Notes under the pieces: generated by a model | Databases searched by the model: none | Told to the model about the DNA's origin: nothing | The model's input: the letters and a program-made list of their open reading frames with translations, nothing else | Position numbers and translations under genes: made by a program | From: an uncultured bacterium | GTDB lineage: Bacteria > Oederibacteriota > Muellerivitia > Muellerivitales > Muellerivitaceae | Direction of reading: 5' to 3' | Length of the DNA stretch: 29,906 bases | Assembly (NCBI GenBank): GCA_964469185.1 | Contig: CAYXYA010000001.1 | Location: 1 to 29,906, forward strand | Shown: one piece after another, positions 8,201 to 15,365 of the stretch | Position numbering within the stretch: the first letter of the stretch is position 1 | How the letters are laid out: each line of letters begins with the position of its first letter

Positions 8201-11142
8201 TTCCGCCAACGGCTATGACCTATGACACTTTGGATCGCAACACTAGAACGACTATTCCGGATAACACATTTATGACCATTGATTACGCCATTGCGCCCGA
8301 CAACTCCGCTGTCGAGCGATTCCATACCCTGGTGACCGACGCTAAGCACAACAAGAAAAACACCTACCGTGACGTGAGGGAACTCATCACCAGCGTCGTG
8401 GAGCACAACCCCTCAACTGCTGGCCAGGCGAATATCATTACGAAGTATGAATATGATCCCATTAAGCAGATAACGCATGTGAAAGATGCCGGGGGCAACA
8501 AGACGCTGGTGTCCTACGACCTTTTGGGTCGTAGGACTTCCATTGACAACCCGGATACAGGTTTAGTGACCACGAAATATGATGCGGCCTCCAATGTTAT
8601 CTCAAAGCAAACGGCGAACTTGGCGCATGAGCACAAGTTCATCAACTATGACTATGATGCCAATAATCGGCTTACTTCAATTAAGTACCCCGATAACCCA
8701 GGCAACAACGTCACCTATACCTATGGTGGGCCTAGCGCGGCCTACAACGGGGCCAACCGGATCACCCTGGTCAAGGATGCTAGCGGCACCGAACAGCGCC
8801 AGTACGACGCCTTGGGAAATATCATCCAGGAAACCAAAACCTTGCCTCCCACCAACGGCATGCCGACCTCGAGCTATACCACCGCGTTCCAATACGACAC
8901 TTGGAACCGCATGATGGCCATGCTCTATCCGGATGGAGAACGAGTTACTTATGGCTATGATTCGGGTGGGTTGGTGAACAAGGTGGATGGAGATGTTAGT
9001 GGAGTTCACTTCCCGTATGTCCAAAGACTTGAGTATGACAAGTTCGAACAGAGGATTTTCGTTCAGAACGGCAATGGCACGAAGAGTACCTATCAGTACA
9101 ACGCCGACAACCGCAGGCTTCACAATTTGCTGCACAATTCATCCGTTGACGGCATCTTCCAAAACCTGACCTATACCTATGACGTGGTGGGGAACATAAC
9201 TGACCTCGACAACCCAGTTCCTATCACCTCCAGAGACATGGGTGGCCCTGTGAAAACGCATTATGGGTATGACGATTTATATCGTCTAACGTCTGCCGTA
9301 GGCCATTTCCGTGGGACGGGTGACGCGAAAGGTTGGAAGAGCGACTACACCCTGAAGATGGACTACGACACTATCCACAACATCACGGAAAAGAACCAGC
9401 ATGTGACAGGGCAGTTCACGGGTGATACTCCCAAAGACCGCATGAAGGGAACTTATGATTACAACTACAAGTACACGGGCACGCCTCATGCGCCGACCGT
9501 TATTGGCAATCGTAGTTTCACTTATGACCTGAACGGCAACCAACTTGGGTTCGAGGAAAAGGGACACGGGTCGGATCGCACAATTTCCTGGGATGAGGAA
9601 AACCGTATCCAGTCCATCAAGGATGGAAGCCAGCAGGGAGGCAAATCAACCACCACAGGGCTGACCTTCCAATATGACGACGCTGGACAGCGCATCATCA
9701 AGGAACAGGGCGAAGACACGACCGCCTATATCAACCAGTTCTTTACGGTGAAACAGCCCATGAAGAACAGTGGGGCAATCGAAAGTAAGCATATCTTCGC
9801 GGGAAGTACCCGTATCTTGACCCAGATCGTTCATGGCGAAGGAAGCGCCGCTGTTGCGGGGGGCGGCAGTGGTGCCAGCTCAACCTCCAGTTCAAGCTCC
9901 TCAACGGGAATAACCCACGGGCACGGCGTTCATTCAACTAACCATGGTGCCAAGAATAATAGCAATGGAAATGGTGGAGGCGGACTAGGCAACAACACGG
10001 GAACAAATTTTGTGACTATTACAACCGATACGCCGGTTTTTGAGGGTTCGTCCTTGAACTCACAAACGTTGGGTAATGTGGTTCAGTGCGATGTGCTTAC
10101 CCTGTTGACCCTGACGCCTGACAACCAAGGGTTCTACAAGGTGGAGTTTGGCGGCAAGGTGGGTTTTGTGCCAGCGGCTGATGCGGTGGTGGGCACGTCG
10201 CCCAGTTGTGAAGGCACATCGGGAAGCGTGTTACCCAAAGACAACTTTATCTTCTACTACCACACCGACCACCTGGGAAGCACAGGGTACATGACGGACT
10301 GGCAAGGGAAGGTGCGTGAAAACCTACAGTACACACCCTTTGGGGAGACATGGATCGAGCAACGCCGAGGGATGAAAATTTTTCCAGATTTTGAGTTCAC
10401 CTCAAAAATTTTGGATTCTGAGACGGGGCTTTACTATTACGGCGCACGTTATTACGACCCGAGGACAAGCGTGTGGCAGTCAGCAGACCCTGCATTACTT
10501 AAATTTTTGCCAGGTGCAAAAATTAAATATGTTCCGAAATTTGAAAGAGAACCAAATTGGAAATGGGTAATAGGTCTCCCAGGAGAAGGAGGGGTTTTTG
10601 AGCCTTCAAATTTAGGGTTGTTTTCATATGCGGGGAATAATCCTCTTAAATATGCTGACCCGAATGGTGAATATATATTATCAGCTTCCTTTATGGCTGC
10701 TTACCCAAATGCGTCGAAGGAAATAATCAAACTTATTACAAAGTTAAATAAGTTAAAACTAGAAGTTTATAAACAAGTAACTGGAGCGAGCGCTAAAGAA
10801 GTAAAAACCGCTATGACCGAAGGAAAGGGTCCGATAATTACTGGCAGCTTCATCCCAAAATCTTCAGAAGCGCCAAACGGTGCATATGGCCAACAAATAG
10901 ATTCTGTTCTTATGTTGGATATTAAAAGTACATTAGATAAATACGAAAAGGGCGAAATCTCAACAAAGTTGTTTGATGCAACTGTCGAACATGAAACGGC
11001 CCACTACCTTGCTCAAAAACATGGTTTGGAAGATTCGAGTGAAAAGGGAAAACATGAACGAGGAAATGATTACGAGATGGGTGTTTACAAAGAAATAACT
11101 AATGAATCCAATTCCCCTGTCGAAAAAGAAAAGGACAAATAG
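5269..11142 (+). CDS. FG-GAP repeats, TcdB_toxin_mid-like region, YD repeats, Rhs core and C-terminal metallopeptidase toxin (segment 3)
   Basis: Four D(L/V/I)NGDG(Y/L)PD repeats; YDRFERDFLGYG; many YD motifs; core YYHTDHLGS...TGLYYYGARYYDP...NNPLKYADPNG. Confidence 0.9.
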   Translation: MPFTVDTSPDITVFAVPYRGWAVAGYNGNRSRNAAPVDESLLALPSSAPSDFTDPSNASNMKAYFFIPDAIKGRWRGPAGDSWAAAISMSSTRAGEENVDVPDPSKFGGSGTPVHVPGIIRLSNTTQGQLSISAPGGVLPSGFDLGAGVSRGGSAGTLDFNDLNGDGYPDVVGNKNVQYTLPNGGLDSQVATGVVDPNNVLTSQLRSSDLLSGSVNADASSIPGQNANGKGRVPPLTLAQVDQSLKGFQMQPLGFNGSLGLNQADEKQELMDVNGDGLPDILTLQSIGGQDHLMVRYNLGYKFTTSAEDWGVFKINSNQGDTESGGVNLGFNVDHYSFAGGLNVNVNHFNVSESLVDLNGDGLPDHVRQDGGTLRVSFNTGHGFTSEVKWQGGSSDISKGEGNSLGAGVYATIYIPIPIPFAPFKIVINFGFDGAQDMSRQRAMFQDINGDGYPDQLTSDKEGDLTAHLNKTGKTNLLKVVHRPLGATITLDYKRNGNTFAQPHSHWDLAKVVVFDGGQNQNTANTFGQHGADYQVTKYSYFRGLDKQVPAQPINVYDRFERDFLGYGAVTETQMDTTDLDGSSLDSATPYRRVIREYLNTNIYEKGLMTKETTDDVTAGLTSPSPFLEADNTYQLVDVDAGGTINQSDISLHHPQQVIFPQAVTMTKKFFEGGTGEIDTFQTFTYDQFGNVVNYFDNGNSNDAGTQVMATISYLPDGNPYLAGLPTTILVTDNTNTTLRRREAVYDISTGNLKIVRQYIDGTHTAETVMTYDNSNGNLLTTTAPANLNNQNYQLNYLYDTTVQTYPALVTDNPLHYTSSMAYDLRFGKPVSQVDENSKLITMTYDPFGRTVTIVGPFETGPDTQVPSSYTIAFDYHPDVSVPYAHTAHFDNQHPGDPIETILFTDGLKRVIQTKKDDAVALSAGVLPTDVMTVSGRVVFDQVGRTIQQYYPITEPKGSVFTENAMLNINYDSDTSGVPPTAMTYDTLDRNTRTTIPDNTFMTIDYAIAPDNSAVERFHTLVTDAKHNKKNTYRDVRELITSVVEHNPSTAGQANIITKYEYDPIKQITHVKDAGGNKTLVSYDLLGRRTSIDNPDTGLVTTKYDAASNVISKQTANLAHEHKFINYDYDANNRLTSIKYPDNPGNNVTYTYGGPSAAYNGANRITLVKDASGTEQRQYDALGNIIQETKTLPPTNGMPTSSYTTAFQYDTWNRMMAMLYPDGERVTYGYDSGGLVNKVDGDVSGVHFPYVQRLEYDKFEQRIFVQNGNGTKSTYQYNADNRRLHNLLHNSSVDGIFQNLTYTYDVVGNITDLDNPVPITSRDMGGPVKTHYGYDDLYRLTSAVGHFRGTGDAKGWKSDYTLKMDYDTIHNITEKNQHVTGQFTGDTPKDRMKGTYDYNYKYTGTPHAPTVIGNRSFTYDLNGNQLGFEEKGHGSDRTISWDEENRIQSIKDGSQQGGKSTTTGLTFQYDDAGQRIIKEQGEDTTAYINQFFTVKQPMKNSGAIESKHIFAGSTRILTQIVHGEGSAAVAGGGSGASSTSSSSSSTGITHGHGVHSTNHGAKNNSNGNGGGGLGNNTGTNFVTITTDTPVFEGSSLNSQTLGNVVQCDVLTLLTLTPDNQGFYKVEFGGKVGFVPAADAVVGTSPSCEGTSGSVLPKDNFIFYYHTDHLGSTGYMTDWQGKVRENLQYTPFGETWIEQRRGMKIFPDFEFTSKILDSETGLYYYGARYYDPRTSVWQSADPALLKFLPGAKIKYVPKFEREPNWKWVIGLPGEGGVFEPSNLGLFSYAGNNPLKYADPNGEYILSASFMAAYPNASKEIIKLITKLNKLKLEVYKQVTGASAKEVKTAMTEGKGPIITGSFIPKSSEAPNGAYGQQIDSVLMLDIKSTLDKYEKGEISTKLFDATVEHETAHYLAQKHGLEDSSEKGKHERGNDYEMGVYKEITNESNSPVEKEKDK
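9260..9287 (+). other. attL-like junction: ATTATGGGTAT-GACGAT-TTATATCGTCT, inside the rhs coding sequence
   Basis: Identity with copy 2 begins exactly at G9271; the upstream bases differ from those at 19279. Confidence 0.75.
10669..11142 (+). other. Rhs C-terminal toxin domain, HExxH zincin metallopeptidase (Tox-MPTase3-like); identical copy at 20678-21151
   Basis: Follows the DPNG autoproteolysis motif (10657-10668). HETAH at 10990-11004, then ERGNDYEMGVY. The region is AT-rich relative to the core. Confidence 0.75.
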
Positions 11143-11143
11143 C

Positions 11144-11626
11144 TTGCAAAACAGAGGAAGGCTGGAACAAAGTTTTAAAAGATTTTCATTTTTATTTATT
11201 TTTGCATTTATGTTTACTTGCTTTGCGAATGCAAAAGATAGGTGCATCCTTTCAATTCAAATGGACAAGTCACAATATACTGAAAAGGATGCAATTCTAT
11301 TAACCTTGTTATTGAAAAACCAAACCAAAGATACAATTGTTCTTCCTGATTTATTGAGCATTGGTGCTGGTACACTTAGTTTTGAAATTAAAAATGAAAA
11401 AGGTAAATCCATAACTTATAAGGGACCGCACTTTAAAATAATACCGCCCGGTAATTTCAAACTTGGCATTGATGAAATTTGGGGTTGCGTAAAAAACTTA
11501 ACTGAATTTTACAAGTTCGAAAAAGGTAAATATTCAGTGAAGTGCATATATAACAATAAGTATTTTGCAGAAAATAATAACGTTTTACGCCTTGAATCAA
11601 ACGTGATTTCATTTGTGGTGGAGTGA
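11144..11626 (+). CDS. Putative exported immunity protein (signal peptide + Ig-like beta-sandwich, BsuPI-like)
   Basis: Directly follows the toxin stop. TTG at 11144 has AAGGA 8 nt upstream (ORF track starts at 11102). Signal-like KRFSFLFIFAFMFTCFANA|KD; AT-rich like the toxin tip. Confidence 0.7.
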   Translation: MQNRGRLEQSFKRFSFLFIFAFMFTCFANAKDRCILSIQMDKSQYTEKDAILLTLLLKNQTKDTIVLPDLLSIGAGTLSFEIKNEKGKSITYKGPHFKIIPPGNFKLGIDEIWGCVKNLTEFYKFEKGKYSVKCIYNNKYFAENNNVLRLESNVISFVVE

Positions 11627-11665
11627 CTTTTAAAATATTCAAACCGCGACTTTCTCCCGACCCCG

Positions 11666-11944
11666 CTAAGATTTTCTTTCTTGATTTGGTTTCCCTTTTT
11701 GTTTGAAGAACACATCTTTGAGATTGTTTCGCTCGGTCAGTAGATGCTCGATGAGTTTCAGGCGTGTTTTTTCTTTTCGCGTCCCGTGCTGACGAATACG
11801 GGTTTTTTCCTCGTCGGAGATCAAGGCGTCGGGGTGCTGGGTTTGCAGCATTTCGGCCACTTCCTCGTCGGTGAAGTCGGGGGCTTTTTCATCCTCGACG
11901 GCTTTCATGCGTTCCTGCCAGTATTTCCAGTCGCGAGTTTCCAT
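11666..11944 (-). CDS. Hypothetical 92-aa helical protein, translationally coupled to the XRE gene
   Basis: TAATG stop/start overlap with the XRE gene at 11944; no recognisable domain. Confidence 0.6.
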   Translation of the reverse strand: METRDWKYWQERMKAVEDEKAPDFTDEEVAEMLQTQHPDALISDEEKTRIRQHGTRKEKTRLKLIEHLLTERNNLKDVFFKQKGKPNQERKS

Positions 11945-12339
11945 TATTCTTTCGCCCCATCTTTGACCCTGGCGGCTTTGAGGACGCGGTCAAGGTATTG
12001 AGCGACGTGTTTTCGCTCGGATTCGGGCAGTTTTTCAACCTGGGAAAACCTTCTTTTCAAGCGTGAGTCTTTCGGTTTTGTTCTTTCCGATTCTTTTTGC
12101 AAACCCAATAATTGATCCGTAGAGACCCCCAAGGCTTTGGCGATAGCGGGTAGGAGATGGGTCGGGGCATGCTGGGTTTGCGATTCATAGTAGGCGATGA
12201 CCCGTTGGGAAACTTCGAGCTCGGCGGCCAAATCACGTTGGGTGTAGCCGGCGGCTTTTCTAATGCGAGCCAACCTTTTCCCAAAAGGGTCTTCCGGGTT
12301 CAAATGACGAGGTTTTTGTTTTGTCAAAATCAGCTCCAA
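11944..12339 (-). CDS. XRE/Cro-C1 family HTH transcriptional regulator
   Basis: FGKRLARIRKAAGYTQRDLAAELEVSQRVIAYYES...LLPAIAKALGVSTDQLLG is a classic HTH_3 pattern. Divergent from the primase gene; exact start uncertain. Confidence 0.9.
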   Translation of the reverse strand: MELILTKQKPRHLNPEDPFGKRLARIRKAAGYTQRDLAAELEVSQRVIAYYESQTQHAPTHLLPAIAKALGVSTDQLLGLQKESERTKPKDSRLKRRFSQVEKLPESERKHVAQYLDRVLKAARVKDGAKE

Positions 12340-12360
12340 AATCGAGATGGGTGTTTAATT

Positions 12361-12412
12361 ATTACTTATACGTATAAGTAATTATAAAACTTCCCTATAG
12401 GTAAGTTTTATA
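12361..12412. promoter_or_regulatory. Two adjacent palindromes (candidate XRE operators); copy at 22370-22421
   Basis: Perfect 22-bp ATTACTTATACGTATAAGTAAT (12361-12382) and a 30-bp palindrome with one mismatched pair (12383-12412) in the divergent promoter region. Confidence 0.6.
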
Positions 12413-12536
12413 TTTTTCCATGTATAAAACCATGTTTTTATCCATGTATTCATCGTATGAGGCTTGAGGGGGTTTTCCCGCCGGTCATGAAAGCAAACGC
12501 AGTGTAACCTTGAATTTAAAACCGACGAAAAAACGG

Positions 12537-12565
12537 TTGACAATTAGATACCAAAATAGTATCAA
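12537..12565 (+). promoter_or_regulatory. Candidate sigma70 promoter for the primase operon; copy at 22546-22574
   Basis: TTGACA-17 bp-TATCAA, overlapped by the inverted repeat GATAC-N7-GTATC. GGAGG SD at 12625-12629 precedes TTG 12635. Confidence 0.4.
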
Positions 12566-12634
12566 ATGCGTACAAGGTATAATTTTAGAAAATTCCTAAA
12601 TAAATATTGACAGGTTTTCTAAGGGAGGTCAGTT

Positions 12635-15082
12635 TTGGGGCCAAAGGGCGGGGGAGTGAAGAAAACCGGGGACGTGGAAGCGCGGGAAGCGATCCAGCGC
12701 CAAAAGATATTGAACCGGGTCATTACCTTTTACCACCAGGCTTTCCTCTCCAATCCCGTGGGGATCAAATACCTTGAAGGGCTGGGGTTGAGGGAAGCCC
12801 CGCTTTTTTCCACTTTCCAGGTGGGCTTGGTGAACGGAACCTTGCTTTCCACCATTCCCGAAGATGGCGAACTACAAGAGAACTTAAAGGCGCTCGGGGT
12901 TTTGAACGGTGACGGCCAGGAGGTCCTGGCCGGATGCGTGGTATTCCCGTGGTTTGATGAGAACGGGGATTGCGGCGGGGCGTGGGGCCTTTCCATGACG
13001 ACACCGATGGAAACGCGTGGGATTTATCTAGGGCCAGGACGGGGTGCCAGCGGCACGCTGTGGCAATGGACACGGGGAGTTTGGAACTACACGGCGGCCA
13101 AGAGAAGCCGGGTAATCATTTTGACCGACACGATTCTTTCAGGGTTGTTCCTAATCCAAGCGGGTTTCCGGGAAGTAGTGGCGGTGAACGGAATATTCGA
13201 TGGACACGGAAAAGAGTTAAGCGCAGACCGCTCATTGAACGGCGACCACTCGCTAAGTGGCGACCGCTCGTTGAGCGGCGATCACTTGAGGCTATTTCAG
13301 CAGTCGGCCACGAGGGAAGTGATCTTGACTTTTGAGAGCGAAAAGATCGAGGAGCAGTTGAGGGGCGAGGAAATATTTTGCCGGAGGGTTACGCTGCCTT
13401 CCGTGATGGCCGACCCGAAGGAGATTCAAAAGGCATTTCAGTCGGTGAACTTTCAGGCTTCGAGGGAAGAAGATATGCCTTTGGTTTCCCAGGAGATGAA
13501 CGTTGTGCCAGCGGCACGTTGTGCCGATGGACAGGGGGTTGAGGAAACAGAAGGCGGATTTGCGGTGCAATACGGGAACCGCCGGTGGGAAGTGAAGGGA
13601 GTGGAGAAGAAGGGCGTGAGGCTAATGGCGACCCTCAAGGTGTGCCGGAAGGCGGGGGAGTTACCGCTGTATTTGGACAGCGTGGATTTGTATTCCAGCC
13701 GTAGCCGGATTTTATTCGGGAAGTGTTGCGCGGTGGCGTTGGGTGAGAAGGACGAGACCATTTACAGGGATTTGGTGGGGCTGATTGAAACGGCGGAAAA
13801 GCACCAACCCAAGGGGGTGGAGTCGAAAAAAGCCCCGCCGATGACCAAGGAAGAAGAAGCGGAAGCTTTCGGCCTCTTGAAAGACCCAAACTTACTGACT
13901 CGTATCCTTGAGGACTTTGACCGGTGCGGATTGACGGGAGAGGAGGACAACAAGCTGATCGGTTACTTGGCGTCCATTTCCCGGAAGTTGGAGGAGCCTT
14001 TGAGCGTGCTCATCCAGTCAAGAAGCGCGGCGGGCAAGTCCACCTTGCAGGATGCCCTGTTGCGGTTTGTGCCGGAGGAGGATTACGAGAAGTACACGAG
14101 GCTCACCGGACAGGCGCTTTTCTACAAGGCCGAGGGCGGGCTATCCCACAAACTTTTGGCGATTGAGGAGGAGGCGGGGGCGAGGGAGGCGGGTTATTCC
14201 ATCCGCAATTTACAGTCCTCCAAGTGTCTTTCGATCGCCACGACTGAGAAAGACTCGCTAACGGGGAAGCTCAAGACGGTGGAATACAAGGTCAAGGGGC
14301 CGGTGGCCCTGATGCTGACGACGACTTCCGTAGACATGGACTATGAGACCCAAAACCGGTTCGTGACCTTGACGATTGACGAGTCCAAGGAAATGACGGA
14401 GCGGATACTTGCCCACCAGAGGCAGCTTCAGACGGCTGAGGGGTTACGCTTGAAGCGGGAGGGGGAGAAGGCGGCGAGGCGGCAGAAGAACGCCCAAAGG
14501 CTTTTGAAGTCCATTTGGGTGGTGAATCCTTACGCCCCGAAATTGACTTTTCCTGCCAACAGTTTGAGGGCGAGGCGCGACCACAAGAAGTATTTGGGGC
14601 TTATCCAGGCGATTGCTTTTTTGCACCAGTACCAGCGTGAGGTGAAGGTGATGACCTTCGAGGGGGAGCGGGTTGAGTACGTGGAGGCAACGAGCGAGGA
14701 CGTGGAGGAGGCCAATCGTCTTATGGCCGGAGTTCTCGGCCAGACGATGGGGGAGCTATCGGCACCGGGGAAGGTGCTCTTGGTCAAGGTGAGGGAAATG
14801 GTCAAGGAGAGGGCTAAAGATCAGCGGGATTTTCGGTTTACCCGCAGGGACATACGGGAGTTTTCCGGGTGGAGCGATTTTCAAGTCAAGACCCATATCC
14901 GGGAGTTGGCCGACCTGGAATACCTGTACTCGGTTTCGGGTAAGAAGGGCAAGGAGTACGTTTACGAGTTGACGGCCCTGGAGGGCGGTGGGGTGGTTGA
15001 CTTGGTGGGTTGGAGGGTACTTGGTGGTGACTTGGAGGCTGAGTTGAAAACAGCTAAACCCCTGTATTCAGGCCGGGTCTAA
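12635..15082 (+). CDS. DnaG-like (degenerate Toprim) primase domain fused to a P-loop ATPase/helicase with a C-terminal winged-helix-like region
   Basis: ITFYHQAF...KYLEGLGL...VVFPWFDENG resembles the DnaG catalytic N-part. Walker A-like SRSAAGKST, Walker B-like LLAIEEE, FTRRDIRE...HIRELADLEYL. No CHC2 zinc finger seen. Confidence 0.75.
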   Translation: MGPKGGGVKKTGDVEAREAIQRQKILNRVITFYHQAFLSNPVGIKYLEGLGLREAPLFSTFQVGLVNGTLLSTIPEDGELQENLKALGVLNGDGQEVLAGCVVFPWFDENGDCGGAWGLSMTTPMETRGIYLGPGRGASGTLWQWTRGVWNYTAAKRSRVIILTDTILSGLFLIQAGFREVVAVNGIFDGHGKELSADRSLNGDHSLSGDRSLSGDHLRLFQQSATREVILTFESEKIEEQLRGEEIFCRRVTLPSVMADPKEIQKAFQSVNFQASREEDMPLVSQEMNVVPAARCADGQGVEETEGGFAVQYGNRRWEVKGVEKKGVRLMATLKVCRKAGELPLYLDSVDLYSSRSRILFGKCCAVALGEKDETIYRDLVGLIETAEKHQPKGVESKKAPPMTKEEEAEAFGLLKDPNLLTRILEDFDRCGLTGEEDNKLIGYLASISRKLEEPLSVLIQSRSAAGKSTLQDALLRFVPEEDYEKYTRLTGQALFYKAEGGLSHKLLAIEEEAGAREAGYSIRNLQSSKCLSIATTEKDSLTGKLKTVEYKVKGPVALMLTTTSVDMDYETQNRFVTLTIDESKEMTERILAHQRQLQTAEGLRLKREGEKAARRQKNAQRLLKSIWVVNPYAPKLTFPANSLRARRDHKKYLGLIQAIAFLHQYQREVKVMTFEGERVEYVEATSEDVEEANRLMAGVLGQTMGELSAPGKVLLVKVREMVKERAKDQRDFRFTRRDIREFSGWSDFQVKTHIRELADLEYLYSVSGKKGKEYVYELTALEGGGVVDLVGWRVLGGDLEAELKTAKPLYSGRV
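13217..13288 (+). repeat. Four degenerate 18-bp tandem repeats in the primase gene (LSADRS/LNGDHS/LSGDRS/LSGDHL); copy at 23226-23297
   Basis: ttaagcgcagaccgctca / ttgaacggcgaccactcg / ctaagtggcgaccgctcg / ttgagcggcgatcacttg. Confidence 0.85.
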
Positions 15083-15114
15083 GGTCATTGGCGGGCTACT
15101 TGGTGGCTTGGCGG
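15000..15114 (+). repeat. Cluster of short TTGGNGG direct repeats spanning the primase stop; copy at 25009-25123
   Basis: ACTTGGTGG at 15000, 15019 and 15098; ACTTGGAGG at 15030; GGTTGGAGG at 15008; CATTGGCGG at 15086; GCTTGGCGG at 15106. Confidence 0.6.
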
Positions 15115-15154
15115 TAGAAGATCTATACCCCCATCGTTGAGAGCTGTCATATCT

Positions 15155-15190
15155 AAAGGGTCAATGACCCGATGGGTCAGCGACCCAAAG
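15155..15190. repeat. Double GGGTC-N3-GACCC palindrome, left copy of a 36-bp direct repeat flanking the recombinase pair; copy at 25164-25199
   Basis: AAAGGGTCAATGACCCGATGGGTCAGCGACCCAAAG; 31/36 identical to 17406-17441. Confidence 0.85.
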
Positions 15191-15339
15191 TGTTTCTGCG
15201 TATCAACAGTTTTATTCCACGAAATCCTTTTCCTATCAGCGTTTTGGCCTTTTGACGGGGCCAGACCCCGCCCTTTCTGAGTCAGTTTTTTGGTATCTCC
15301 ATGCCTGGGCTATGTCCGGGAAGGAAAAACTTTGTCGTA

Positions 15340-15352
15340 GGGTCAATGACCC
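15340..15352. repeat. GGGTCAATGACCC palindrome immediately before the SD of recombinase 1; copy at 25349-25361
   Basis: GGGTCAATGACCC-GAAGGAGG-ACCGT-ATG. Confidence 0.8.
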
Positions 15353-15365
15353 GAAGGAGGACCGT

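Larger units (their letters stand above)
1..11142 (+). pseudogene. Giant SpvB/TcdB-like + YD-repeat Rhs polymorphic toxin; one reading frame interrupted by two in-frame stops (TAG 1669-1671, TAA 5233-5235); 5' end probably upstream of the window
   Basis: ORFs 1-1671, 1681-5235 and 5269-11142 are all in frame +1. The gaps translate without frameshift (YYFNQE*GRWMPLD; GF*GGDRNLIPDFPMPF). No convincing SD precedes the ATG at 5269. Confidence 0.75.

Noticed and set aside
185-9937. Many short alternative-frame and antisense ORFs over the rhs gene (e.g. 3649-4518 minus, 268-774 minus)
   Set aside because: They overlap a long frame with clear domain motifs, have no recognisable motifs of their own, and are typical shadow ORFs.
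11102-11143. ATG 11102 as the immunity gene start (likewise 18133 for DUF2283 and 17415 for the FliG-C-like gene)
   Set aside because: Starts at 11144 and 17451 have SD sequences and 18307 sits 2 nt after the upstream stop. These starts avoid long overlaps and match the domain starts.
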